Of a stretch of DNA of 64,000 bases, positions 25,654 through 35,074 are shown one piece after another. Origin of the DNA: Bacteroidaceae bacterium. Lineage in GTDB: Bacteria; Bacteroidota; Bacteroidia; Bacteroidales; Bacteroidaceae. Each line of letters starts with the position of its first letter. The first letter of the stretch is position 1. The notes under the pieces were generated by a model, which made no database searches, had not been told where the DNA came from, and worked only from the letters and a program-made list of their open reading frames with translations. Position numbers and translations under genes: made by a program. Where the stretch lies: positions 13,281 through 77,280 of the forward strand of contig JAFUFK010000003.1 in assembly GCA_017469925.1 (NCBI GenBank), read 5' to 3'.

Positions 25654-28600
25654 ATCTTCTCCATAAACTTACTGCGCACCTGTTGGGCTAATGCTAATGA
25701 CGACATGTCCTTGAAAACGTCATAACTAATACGCTTACCAACTTCTATTTCAATATTCCCCTGACGCAACATGAAATCGTACTTCGGGAGTACCCACCCC
25801 ACTCCGTGCAAATAGACTGGCAAGACATCAATCTCAAGTTGCTGGGCCAACTTGAAAGCCCCCTGATGGAAACGATGCACCCGAAGATCGTTTGACCGAG
25901 TGCCCTCAGGAAATATCATGACGGAATATCCCCTACGAGCCAAATCGCGTATGCGTTCAGCATTGCGGTCGAAGCCGTCAGAGATGGGATAGTACTCGGC
26001 ATACTTTATGAACTTACGATAGAACCAATTGTTCCAGACCCAATCGTTCGTCAACAATACGATTTTGGGTGAAAGCATCAGGATACACATCAAGTCGAGG
26101 TGCGACTGATGGTTAGCCACAATGACGGATGGACGTGAGAAATCCTCATCGTTATCGTTCGTCACACCAACCCGGACACCAGGCACGTGGTGAATCGTAA
26201 AGCGTGAGATCCAACTAATCAGCCGATGATAGCGCAGGCGCTTCTGCTTCGTCACCGGACCTACATGGAAATAAATCCAGGCAAAGGGGATAAGGAAGAA
26301 GGTGGTCCCAATGATGAAAAAGAGTATGGAAAAGAGCGAATAAACTATACGCTTAAGGGTAAGTGGAACCTCGCGCCGCTGGCCATCCTTTTCGGTCATC
26401 CATCGGAAAATAACGGGAGGCAAGTAGCAGGCCATCAATACAACTACTCCCATGCCCACCATCGCCACCATTGCCAGAGAGCGCAAGGCCGGATGCTTGG
26501 CCAATATCAGTGCACCTATGCCAATGAACATAATGATGCCCGAAAGGGCTACGCTGTTCTTATAGCTCGCAAGCGTTTTCTTCCCCGTCCGATACTCTTG
26601 GAGCAAGCCTTCAGTAATGAAGATAGTATAGTCATCACCCTGACCAAATATGAATGTGGCCAAGATGATGTTGACAATATTGAACTGCATACCTAAGAGA
26701 TTCATTAGGCCCAGAATCCACAACCACCCAACAGTTAACGGGAGGAACGAAAGCAAAGTGAGTTCGAAACTGCAGAACGAAAACCACAAGAAAGCAAACA
26801 CCACAAATCCGCAAACAAAACCGATGTAGTTAAAATTCTTGGATAGCAGGCTGACCAAGCTATTGCTTACATCTTCGGTAGCAAACAGGAAACTATCGTC
26901 TTGCAACTGGGGTCGGAACTTTTCCGCAATAGCAGAGGCTTCTCCTCGAGGCACCTGCACAAAATTAACTATCGATACCGTCCCCGTTATAGAATCGGTC
27001 ATGACGAAGTGAGAGGTGAGGGACGAAAGATGAGAGGTGAGGGACGAAAGATGAGAGGTGAGATGGAAGAATGGATTGAAAGCAGTACTTGAGAAACCCA
27101 GTTGAGTAGCCTGCTTTTGCAATGTTTCTATGGCCTCGGGGTGCTGCTGCCATAGCTCAATCCAACGCTGAGCACGCTGTTCCTGGGCAGCACATGAAGG
27201 CAGAATACTCGACAATCCCGAAATCTGCTGGACTAGAGGATTCGAGGTCAGTAAGGCCACCAGACGCTCATTATTCTCCAAAGCCTCATCCAACGTCTGC
27301 CCGTGACTCACCGCAAAGAGCGTTTCCGTAGTGTCATTGGCCTTAATACTGGTTGAGAGCATGCGCATGTCGGCTCGTTGCGAAGGAGTCATATAATTGA
27401 TGTGTCGCATGTCAGTATCGAACGAAGTTCCCAAACTAAAATAGCCCAATACCAAAGTCGCCAACACTACAAAGGCAAATACCCACTTACGATGACGATT
27501 AAAGAAGGGGAGACGTACATGGAGATAAACAGAATGTCCCCCCTCCCCCGCCGTCCTTGCAGGAGCCAATACTGGTAAAGCTACGAGTACAAACAAGATA
27601 GTGCCCACAAGCATTAAGGAACCAAACAACCCCAAGTCTTTCATGGCATCGGCGTCGAGGAAAACCAAACAAAGGAAGGCACTGACTGTCGTAATATTGC
27701 CAATTAACAGCGGCGGTACCATCTCACGCAGAGCTTCGCGTTTATCAGTCTCATGCTTAATGTGGTCGAGGTAATGTAGGGGATAGTTGACGGCAATGCC
27801 GATAATCACCGACCCAATGCCTATAACAATAATGGAGATAGAGGCTTTGAAAATTGCAAGACAACCGATAGCAAACAACCAACCGAAGGTGATGGAAAGG
27901 GCTATCCAAACGAGGTCGTTCCAACGCCGGAAACTATAGATAAGCATAGCAAATATCAGCACAACAGCAACAATCACGGCCAAGAGACTATCGTACTTAA
28001 TCTGACGGGCATTAGTAACGGCTATCAATGGAGCACCCACTGCCGAAACATCCACCCCGTGATATATGGCCTCTGTCGAATCTATCGCAGTTTGCAGAAT
28101 GTCAGCCAATCGCGCATTTTCCTTCGACTCACTCATACTATATGGGGAGGAAAGGAATGCAAGCCCCACACGACCATCCTTATCAAAGACATAACCATCA
28201 CGCAACTGGTAGTGGTCGCTCAACTGCATGCTACGTAATGATGCCATGACGGAGCCGCAAAGATGCAGAGGATCGTAGGGAAGGGACTGAGAAACAATGC
28301 CACTTGTAGGTAACATCAATAGGGCACAGTTTTCTTCCATACATTTCCCGACAAATGCCGTGTCGGAAAGCAGCGATTCAGCCCTTTCATAGTCGGATTC
28401 GGACATCAATAGAGGATAGGTCTGCCAGACTTCACTCAAGACATCATACATCTGAGATTCATCAACCTGTATCTGTAAATCCCGAACTATGCCATCAACA
28501 TCAACCAGTCGAAGATTATCCCCAAAGGCATCCATGGCCTCCTCTAACATTTGGTAGTCAAACCCACCCTCGTCACGAAAGACCACGACAATGCGATCCT

Positions 28601-28802
28601 GACCTCCCATTCTGTTATAAACCGACATATAACGGGCACTCTCCTCGTCTTGAGGCAAGAAAGCCGAGATGTCTTCTTGATAATCGAGACGAGAAGCCAA
28701 GAATACGCAGGCCGTTACTATGATGCCAATGAATGACCAAAGCAGCCATCGCCGCTCGGAGAACCAATCGTAGAGGAAAAGGAATGGCTTTGTCATCGGC
28801 AT
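25650..28802 (-). CDS. MMPL/RND-like membrane exporter fused to a C-terminal PlsC-type acyltransferase
   Basis: ORF 25650-28853. The likely start is the ATG at 28802, or the ATG at 28796, which forms an ATGA overlap with the GT2 stop. About 800 aa form two bundles of TM helices separated by soluble loops (MMPL-like). The C-terminal ~230 aa carry HX4D (ANHQSHLDL) and FPEGTRS. Confidence 0.7.
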   Translation of the reverse strand: MPMTKPFLFLYDWFSERRWLLWSFIGIIVTACVFLASRLDYQEDISAFLPQDEESARYMSVYNRMGGQDRIVVVFRDEGGFDYQMLEEAMDAFGDNLRLVDVDGIVRDLQIQVDESQMYDVLSEVWQTYPLLMSESDYERAESLLSDTAFVGKCMEENCALLMLPTSGIVSQSLPYDPLHLCGSVMASLRSMQLSDHYQLRDGYVFDKDGRVGLAFLSSPYSMSESKENARLADILQTAIDSTEAIYHGVDVSAVGAPLIAVTNARQIKYDSLLAVIVAVVLIFAMLIYSFRRWNDLVWIALSITFGWLFAIGCLAIFKASISIIVIGIGSVIIGIAVNYPLHYLDHIKHETDKREALREMVPPLLIGNITTVSAFLCLVFLDADAMKDLGLFGSLMLVGTILFVLVALPVLAPARTAGEGGHSVYLHVRLPFFNRHRKWVFAFVVLATLVLGYFSLGTSFDTDMRHINYMTPSQRADMRMLSTSIKANDTTETLFAVSHGQTLDEALENNERLVALLTSNPLVQQISGLSSILPSCAAQEQRAQRWIELWQQHPEAIETLQKQATQLGFSSTAFNPFFHLTSHLSSLTSHLSSLTSHFVMTDSITGTVSIVNFVQVPRGEASAIAEKFRPQLQDDSFLFATEDVSNSLVSLLSKNFNYIGFVCGFVVFAFLWFSFCSFELTLLSFLPLTVGWLWILGLMNLLGMQFNIVNIILATFIFGQGDDYTIFITEGLLQEYRTGKKTLASYKNSVALSGIIMFIGIGALILAKHPALRSLAMVAMVGMGVVVLMACYLPPVIFRWMTEKDGQRREVPLTLKRIVYSLFSILFFIIGTTFFLIPFAWIYFHVGPVTKQKRLRYHRLISWISRFTIHHVPGVRVGVTNDNDEDFSRPSVIVANHQSHLDLMCILMLSPKIVLLTNDWVWNNWFYRKFIKYAEYYPISDGFDRNAERIRDLARRGYSVMIFPEGTRSNDLRVHRFHQGAFKLAQQLEIDVLPVYLHGVGWVLPKYDFMLRQGNIEIEVGKRISYDVFKDMSSLALAQQVRSKFMEKI
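27009..27064. repeat. 21-nt (3 x 7) tandem repeat GTGAGAG GTGAGGG ACGAAAG inside the MMPL-PlsC CDS
   Basis: There are 2.6 copies, translated on the minus strand as TSHLSSLTSHLSSLTSH. Confidence 0.9.
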
Positions 28803-29512
28803 AACTTTTTTAACAACATACGAGGATAGCCATATACTACGGCCATAACACACAGCACCGTATTAAGTGCACTTATGCGAGCAAAGTCCTTAAAAGGTCG
28901 GAAATGCGATACTCGCTCACTCGCCGAGGGATAGTACACCTGAATAGGAATAGAGATTAGCTGCACTCCCTTCCATGCTGCCATAACCAGCAACTCTAAC
29001 TCAGCTTCATACTTGTCCGTCATCCACCATAGGTTGGTAAAACTTGCAAGCGGATAAAGTCGGTATCCCGTCTGCGTATCTGGCAAATACTGGAGCGTTT
29101 GTATATAGAACCAAAAGTTTGAAAAACGGTTGGCAAATGTATTGCTCCGAGGCATATTGTCGGCAGTCAGATTTCGGCTGCCAACAATCAAGGCAGAAAG
29201 GTTTTCCGCATGTGTCTTGAGCAATAAAGGGATGTCTGTTGCCCGATGCTGTCCATCGGCATCCAATGTCACGACATGTGAGAAACCCAGTCGGTGCGCT
29301 TCGAGAAAACCTTGCTTTAACGCATAACCTTTACCATGATTATGTGAATATGAGACTACGTGAATGTCGGGAACTGATGACAACAACTCAGGGGTATGGT
29401 CGGTGCAGCCATCGTTTACCACAATCACATCTCGGAGATAAGCCTTCACGTCCTGAATGACGCGAAGTATCGTTTCCTGATTATTGTATGTGGGAATGAC
29501 GGCACAAACCAT
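28793..29512 (-). CDS. family 2 glycosyltransferase (polyprenyl-phosphate sugar transferase-like, C-terminal TM)
   Basis: VIPTYNNQETI...VVNDGCTDHT...LDADGQH are GT2 motifs. The hydrophobic C-terminus is ISALNTVLCVMAVVYGYP. Confidence 0.75.
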   Translation of the reverse strand: MVCAVIPTYNNQETILRVIQDVKAYLRDVIVVNDGCTDHTPELLSSVPDIHVVSYSHNHGKGYALKQGFLEAHRLGFSHVVTLDADGQHRATDIPLLLKTHAENLSALIVGSRNLTADNMPRSNTFANRFSNFWFYIQTLQYLPDTQTGYRLYPLASFTNLWWMTDKYEAELELLVMAAWKGVQLISIPIQVYYPSASERVSHFRPFKDFARISALNTVLCVMAVVYGYPRMLLKKLCR

Positions 29513-29524
29513 AATTGTATTCTC

Positions 29525-29896
29525 CTATCTATCCGTTTTTGCTGTTAGCGAAAGCTTCGTATATACTTTTCCGTCCCATTGGAAAGAAGCCAGAACGGCA
29601 AGCCCATCGTCTGTCGGTGTCAGACGCTGAACGAGGACTCGCATTTGTGGTGTTTCCATTGGTGTCATAACCGACAGATACTTTATGTTCTTCACGTGCT
29701 GAAGGCTCATACTACGATGTTGCCACTCACCCAATATCTCCAATAACATTTGGACCTGACACACACCAGGAACTATCGGAATACCAGGAAAGTGGGCCTT
29801 GAATATCTCATGCTCCCCGTTCAACGTCAAATCGAAGGTGGGGTACTCACCCGATACAACCGCATCTATGTGGAAAAAATCATTCAGTAATTTCAT
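29525..29896 (-). CDS. FabA/FabZ-like hot-dog 3-hydroxyacyl-ACP dehydratase
   Basis: 123 aa, with FKAHFPGIPIVPGVCQVQMLLE matching the FabZ-type HF(P)xxPxxPGV motif. Confidence 0.65.
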   Translation of the reverse strand: MKLLNDFFHIDAVVSGEYPTFDLTLNGEHEIFKAHFPGIPIVPGVCQVQMLLEILGEWQHRSMSLQHVKNIKYLSVMTPMETPQMRVLVQRLTPTDDGLAVLASFQWDGKVYTKLSLTAKTDR

Positions 29897-30326
29897 CGAG
29901 ATTGCGAAAACGATAGGTTAATTTATGACGCTTATTAACGAGGGAAACGGTATCGCCGTTCTTCTCTACAGAGCGTTGCCCACGACAACACGAAGTGGTT
30001 TGGGAAAAAAGGAAAGACAAATCGCGTTGCAGAGTTCGGCGAATATACCATTTGTTGAGGAAACTGGCCACATTCATCAACTTGGTCTTACCTTCGCGAT
30101 AAGTGAAATCAAATGCCTTGATACCAAATTCGTTGATTACACTGCCCCGAAGGGTGTCCTCACTCTGCCGCATGAGGCACAGCCCAGTAATGTCGCGCCC
30201 ATGAGCCGAAAGTTCAAGATGCGTCCTGGCCATTCCCTCATCATCGAAGGTGAAAAGAGCCTGAGCCTGCACACTTCCTATGCTCACCAACAGCCATACA
30301 ACCATGAATCCAACCTGCGTTTTCAT
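29880..30326 (-). CDS. hypothetical secreted protein (cluster-embedded)
   Basis: Signal MKTQVGFMVVWLLVSIGSVQAQ. No recognisable motif. It overlaps both neighbouring genes. Confidence 0.4.
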   Translation of the reverse strand: MKTQVGFMVVWLLVSIGSVQAQALFTFDDEGMARTHLELSAHGRDITGLCLMRQSEDTLRGSVINEFGIKAFDFTYREGKTKLMNVASFLNKWYIRRTLQRDLSFLFSQTTSCCRGQRSVEKNGDTVSLVNKRHKLTYRFRNLDEITE

Positions 30327-30964
30327 TTCATTCCAAACACATTATCATTGATAGGGAGATTCTGGCGAGGATTCTCGAGATATATCATGGTTGTGTCGCC
30401 CGTCGTCTCTTTCATTTCTACACGAATCACCATCTTTGTCTTCACATCGATATGGAGGGTTATAAGCGAGAACATGCGCTTCATCTCCTTCTTTTGCGGG
30501 ACAAGACGGGCCTCCCACTCGCCATCATGGCGATACATGGTAACGCTGAAGTCAGTCTTCGACGACAAGCATTTGCCTGTAATGCTATTCATCATAATGC
30601 GCGTTATCTCCTGAAACAAACGACTCGACCGCACATCTACCACATTGAGTTTGTCGTTGGCCCCGCGCATCATTACCTTATCCTTATTCAGTACAAAGCA
30701 ATACTTATAAGGCGTCGCATATTCCCAGCGCAGACGATCGCCTCCTTTATAATACATATGCCCTTGCGACTTCATGTCGCCGTCAAGCAACGACAGATGC
30801 TTTACCTGTCGGAAGTCACATTGCAAGGTCTTCAGGTTTGCCACCGCCTTTTCTATTTGGCCGACCATCTGCTTCTGCTCCGCTATGCTGACAGGCTTTT
30901 GAGCCCACAATGGTAGGTTCAATAGGCACAATAGAGAGAAGAAAAATAACCTTTTCATCGACAT
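30323..30964 (-). CDS. LolA-like lipoprotein-carrier family protein
   Basis: Signal peptide plus LKTLQCDFRQVKHLSLLDGDMKSQGHMYYKGGDRLRWEY, typical of the LolA/LolA-like fold. Confidence 0.65.
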   Translation of the reverse strand: MSMKRLFFFSLLCLLNLPLWAQKPVSIAEQKQMVGQIEKAVANLKTLQCDFRQVKHLSLLDGDMKSQGHMYYKGGDRLRWEYATPYKYCFVLNKDKVMMRGANDKLNVVDVRSSRLFQEITRIMMNSITGKCLSSKTDFSVTMYRHDGEWEARLVPQKKEMKRMFSLITLHIDVKTKMVIRVEMKETTGDTTMIYLENPRQNLPINDNVFGMK

Positions 30965-30968
30965 TTTC

Positions 30969-31325
30969 TTATTTCAGGATTAAGAAGCAGCCACACACTA
31001 TCAGGCACACACCCAACCAGCGATAGACTGGTACAGCCTCATGGAAGAATATGATGGCAGCAAACATCCCCAACACATAACTGATGCTTATCAGGGGATA
31101 AGCCATACTGAAGGGGAACACCTTAAGAATGTACATCCACAATAGGGAAGCCGCACCATAGCACAAGCCACAAACCGCAAACTGCCAATTGAGGAACACA
31201 CTCTTCCAAAACACACCCGACCAGGCAAAGGTTTCCATTCGTTGCAAGGCAAACTTCAGCAACACTTGACCGCTCGTAAGCAGAAAACATTGCAGGAGAG
31301 CAAGGGGGAGGAGTCTTAATATCAT
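30969..31325 (-). CDS. small 4-TM membrane protein (EamA/ArnE/GtrA-like)
   Basis: 118 aa with four hydrophobic helices. The family is not resolved by eye. Confidence 0.45.
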   Translation of the reverse strand: MILRLLPLALLQCFLLTSGQVLLKFALQRMETFAWSGVFWKSVFLNWQFAVCGLCYGAASLLWMYILKVFPFSMAYPLISISYVLGMFAAIIFFHEAVPVYRWLGVCLIVCGCFLILK

Positions 31326-31329
31326 AAAA

Positions 31330-31357
31330 GGTTAGGGGTTAAAGGTTAGAGGTTATG
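31330..31357. repeat. 7-nt-periodic tandem repeat (GGTTAGG GGTTAAA GGTTAGA GGTTATG) at the KS / 4-TM gene junction
   Basis: The KS stop (31346-31348) lies inside the array, which ends 4 nt from the start codon at 31325. Confidence 0.85.
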
Positions 31358-33190
31358 CAAGACATTGGAGGGGTCGAGTTGAGTCGTCAAGGCATCAATA
31401 TCCAGTTCACAAAGTGCCCCATCGGGATTTGTGCTCAAGACAACAGACACCGAACTTTGCCCCACAGGAATCTGTTTACCCGTAAGACGATGTATCAAGT
31501 CAGCGAAGATTTCCGTCGATTCGTCGTGACTGCCCACAAGGATGTTCTCGGCGTCAGTCAATCGAAATTGCAGCAGGGCATCGAGCAAGGCCGTACGGAT
31601 AGAGTGCTCGCTCTGCGTAATGGTGACGTTATAGCCATGGCAACGAGTCTTTATGCCCATAAGCCCGGCTATCGTATTATGGGTACTCTGCATGAAGAGC
31701 GTTGGTCCGAGGCAATGCTCCCCCTCACGGCACATCTGCAGCAAAAACTTCTCGGAGTTTTCAAGCATACCCAATGTGGTGGCCGTAATAATGGCATCAG
31801 GAGTCGGCACCCCAGCCTCACGAAGTGCGGTAAGCGAAGTCGTCAAAGCGGCCTTCAGCAATCGGCACATGCGACGAGCCTCCATCGGCGAAACGAATTC
31901 TTTGACACGATCAGTAGTCTCATGGACGGCCAGTGTCGACAGGCTCTTGACATAGACTTTTGGAGAGATATGAGGCAGGAGATGGGAGGTATGACCCGGC
32001 TGGCTGAGAATAAGGCATGAATCGTTTCCACCAAAGCCAAAGCTATTGCACATTACATGGCAAAGCTGCACATCACGAACTCCCATCGTAGGCACAATGC
32101 CTTGCTCCATTGCCGTCTGCCACCCCAGGTTAGCAGGCAGGAAACCATTCTGCATGGCCAAGAGGCAAATGACCGTCTCGATAGAACCCGAGGCAGAAGT
32201 GGTGTGGCCCGTCATCGACTTTGTACTGGATACAGGAGGCACCACATCGCCAAACACACGCAAGATGGCCACGCTCTCGCTCTGGTCATTATTGGGAGTT
32301 CCCGTGCCATGGGCATTGATGTATCCAATCTGCTCGCAATCCAGTTGAGCCATATTGAGAGCCTGCTGCATTGCACGATAGGCTCCCTCCCCGTTGTCGG
32401 ACGAAGCTGTTTGGTGGTGGGCATCACACGCATTACCGTATCCACTGAGCACAGCTAAAGGACTGACTCCCCTACGGGTCACCGATTCCTCGCTTTCCAA
32501 TACCACATAGGCCGCACCCTCACCCAGATTCAGGCCACGACGGTCGCGGTCGAAGGGACGGCACTGCTCATGGTCGAGTATCATCAAGGTGTTGAACCCA
32601 TTGAGGTGGAATTTCGACAAGGCCTCTGCGCCACCAGCCACTACCCTATCGGCCACCCCCGTCTTGATGAGGTTGGCCCCCATGATGATGGCATTGGCTG
32701 CTGAGGAACAAGCTGTACTGATGGTGATGGTACGGCCAGGGTCAAGGCCAACAATACGGGCAGTCAGTTGGGTCGTAGTACCACAGTCGTGAGAGGCCAA
32801 CGTAGCCAGATGCTCGTCGCTGTCCTGCATGTCGAGGAAGTAGCGCTCGGTATAGTCCATACCTCCGACGGTGGTTCCCGAAATCAAGGGTACAGTTTCC
32901 ATGTCTTCAGCATCGAGACCTGCCTCTGCTATAGCCTCGCGAACGGCTACAGCACCCAACAAGGCCGTACGATTGACCATGGCATCGTCGGAAAGCCCCA
33001 ACATCTGGCGCAATTCGCCATCGGTCTGTCGGACTTCTCCCACCGAAAGGTCGGTATGCTCGGTCTGCAAGTGGTGAATAGGACCTATCCCACTCCGCCC
33101 TTCCAAGAGGGAGTGCAGGACCTCATCCTTCCCTGTGCCAATGGCTGAGATAATGCCACTACCGGTTATGAAGACCGTCTGGTTGGTCAT
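31346..33190 (-). CDS. beta-ketoacyl-ACP synthase with a C-terminal KS-like (chain-length-factor-like) extension
   Basis: The N-terminal ~400 aa are KAS II-like (ISTACSSAANAI active-site Cys, NAHGTGT, SFGFGGN). About 200 further aa form a second thiolase-like segment. Confidence 0.7.
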   Translation of the reverse strand: MTNQTVFITGSGIISAIGTGKDEVLHSLLEGRSGIGPIHHLQTEHTDLSVGEVRQTDGELRQMLGLSDDAMVNRTALLGAVAVREAIAEAGLDAEDMETVPLISGTTVGGMDYTERYFLDMQDSDEHLATLASHDCGTTTQLTARIVGLDPGRTITISTACSSAANAIIMGANLIKTGVADRVVAGGAEALSKFHLNGFNTLMILDHEQCRPFDRDRRGLNLGEGAAYVVLESEESVTRRGVSPLAVLSGYGNACDAHHQTASSDNGEGAYRAMQQALNMAQLDCEQIGYINAHGTGTPNNDQSESVAILRVFGDVVPPVSSTKSMTGHTTSASGSIETVICLLAMQNGFLPANLGWQTAMEQGIVPTMGVRDVQLCHVMCNSFGFGGNDSCLILSQPGHTSHLLPHISPKVYVKSLSTLAVHETTDRVKEFVSPMEARRMCRLLKAALTTSLTALREAGVPTPDAIITATTLGMLENSEKFLLQMCREGEHCLGPTLFMQSTHNTIAGLMGIKTRCHGYNVTITQSEHSIRTALLDALLQFRLTDAENILVGSHDESTEIFADLIHRLTGKQIPVGQSSVSVVLSTNPDGALCELDIDALTTQLDPSNVLHNL

Positions 33191-33444
33191 TTAGTACGGT
33201 TTTTGCTGACAAAGTCGGCCATCACACGGACGGAGCGGAAGACTTCCTTCCCCTTCGATGCGTCGGCCAGTTTGATACCATAATTCTTCTCCAGGAGTAC
33301 AATGAGTTCCAAGGCATCGATGGAGTCAAGTTCCAGTCCTTCGCCAAAGAGGGGTGCATCGGTATCGATGTCCTCGGGGGTGAGGTCTTCGAGGTTCAGT
33401 ACGTCAATGATTTGTTCTTTCAGTTGTTGAATCAGTTCTTCCAT
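33187..33444 (-). CDS. acyl carrier protein (second ACP)
   Basis: 85 aa, with LELDSIDALELIVLLE containing the DSI/DSL phosphopantetheine serine. Confidence 0.8.
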   Translation of the reverse strand: MEELIQQLKEQIIDVLNLEDLTPEDIDTDAPLFGEGLELDSIDALELIVLLEKNYGIKLADASKGKEVFRSVRVMADFVSKNRTK

Positions 33445-33983
33445 ATTTTTAGGTTTGCTTCGAATGTTTCGTTATCTGTATAGTCTATCCATCCGCCCAA
33501 GACGGAGTGGATGGCGGGGTCGGTCAGTACATTATCCACCAATTGCCGGATACGTCCCCAGTCTTTACTGGGAAGTACATAGTAGGCCGTCTCGCCATGA
33601 TAGTGATTGCGCATAGCAACTTCGCCCGCCACAATGTTTGGCAAGGTATAGACGAACACCGACGGACTGGGATAGCATGCCGCGGGGTCTGCGATAGTCT
33701 GGCGGAAGGCTTCGTCAGATACAACGGATGCCGAACTGCCCACGAGCAGCACGGCACGATCGAAACGCTCTGCGAATCGCTCCTCGCCCTCAGCCTGTAG
33801 CAATAGTTCAGTAGCCACGAGGCCCAGTCGGCACAGGGGGTCCATCTTGTAGAATTTGGGATAGTCGCCCACATAGCGGAGGTAGAGTTCCTTCAGCATC
33901 ACAGCCCCTTGGCTCTCGATGTCGAGAACCTTGCCACATAGTGTGACGCCGGTGGGCGTTATCTCCAATTCGTAATTCATCAT
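33432..33983 (-). CDS. small KS-N-terminal-like protein (possible KS partner / CLF-like)
   Basis: 183 aa with no active-site Cys motif seen. The call rests on its position between a KS and an ACP, as in APE/flexirubin-type loci, so it is context-based. Confidence 0.4.
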   Translation of the reverse strand: MMNYELEITPTGVTLCGKVLDIESQGAVMLKELYLRYVGDYPKFYKMDPLCRLGLVATELLLQAEGEERFAERFDRAVLLVGSSASVVSDEAFRQTIADPAACYPSPSVFVYTLPNIVAGEVAMRNHYHGETAYYVLPSKDWGRIRQLVDNVLTDPAIHSVLGGWIDYTDNETFEANLKIWKN

Positions 33984-33988
33984 TTTTG

Positions 33989-35074
33989 CTACATTTTTTC
34001 AAACATCATGGCTGCATTGCCACCGCCAAAGCCCGAAATGGTCTTGACAAATCGCCGCCCCACGACAGACCGATGCTGGGACGAAAGGTTGAGCAACCGA
34101 CTCGTTCCCGCATGCTCATATCCTCGGGTCCCCAGCACGATGCCGTCGTCAAGTGACTGCATGCAGAGCAGGGTCTCGATGAGTCCGGCAGCCCCCATGG
34201 TGTGACCGAGGTAGCCCTTCAGGGAACCTGCGGGCACCGTGGCCAGTCCGGCACGCGTCAGTCCCACGCTCTCCATCTCGTCGTTGTAGAGTGTGGCGGT
34301 ACCATGGAGATTGACGAAGGCAATGTCTGCCGACGAAAGGCCGCCCATGACGGCACTGAGTGCCTGATAGTAGCCTTCGGCGTTCTTGGAGGGCGACGAA
34401 AGGTGATAGGCATCGTTGCGGACAGCGCCTCGTACCAACTGCCACTGGGCACGCGATACATCGCAGCCCAGCACCATACAGGCCGCAGCATCGCCCAAGT
34501 TCAGTCCCATGCGATCCTCGTCGAAGGGGCGACAGGGCTCGGGGGAGAGAGCCTTCAGACTGTAGAAACCATTGACCGTAAAGTCGGACTGCAAGTCGGC
34601 ACCCACCACCACGACATGGTCGTATTCGCCCGACGTCAGCGTCCGCCTTGCCTCGACGAGGGCATGAAGACCGGAAATACAGGCATTGCAGACCACCAGA
34701 GGCACGACAGGATTGCCAAACCACTGGGCTATACGCATGGCTGTCGTGCTCAGGGGGCGGTAGAGGTCGCCCTTCGTCGTAGAAAGGATGAAAAGCGTGC
34801 GCGGGCTACGCACATCGATGTCGGCATCCTGCAAAGCCCCACGGACAGCCAATATGCACAGACGCTCGAAACGGCTATACCCTGCTGTTGCCATACCTTC
34901 GCACATGGTTTCTATCTCTCCTTCATCGAAGAGCGAGGCTACGAAAGGCTGCGGTACGCCCCACCGACCCTCATAGCGGCGAAGCCGGGTCTTCCCCTGC
35001 TTCACAGCCTCGTAGGTGGCACGTGTTCCCAGCCCGAGAGGCGACACGATATAGTCCGACAGTCTTACAACCAC
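33989..35074 (-). CDS. beta-ketoacyl synthase (APE/flexirubin-type KS)
   Basis: VVCNACISGLHAL (active-site Cys), NLHGTATLYND, ISGFGGGNA. The short 361-aa form is typical of these loci. Confidence 0.7.
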   Translation of the reverse strand: MVVRLSDYIVSPLGLGTRATYEAVKQGKTRLRRYEGRWGVPQPFVASLFDEGEIETMCEGMATAGYSRFERLCILAVRGALQDADIDVRSPRTLFILSTTKGDLYRPLSTTAMRIAQWFGNPVVPLVVCNACISGLHALVEARRTLTSGEYDHVVVVGADLQSDFTVNGFYSLKALSPEPCRPFDEDRMGLNLGDAAACMVLGCDVSRAQWQLVRGAVRNDAYHLSSPSKNAEGYYQALSAVMGGLSSADIAFVNLHGTATLYNDEMESVGLTRAGLATVPAGSLKGYLGHTMGAAGLIETLLCMQSLDDGIVLGTRGYEHAGTSRLLNLSSQHRSVVGRRFVKTISGFGGGNAAMMFEKM

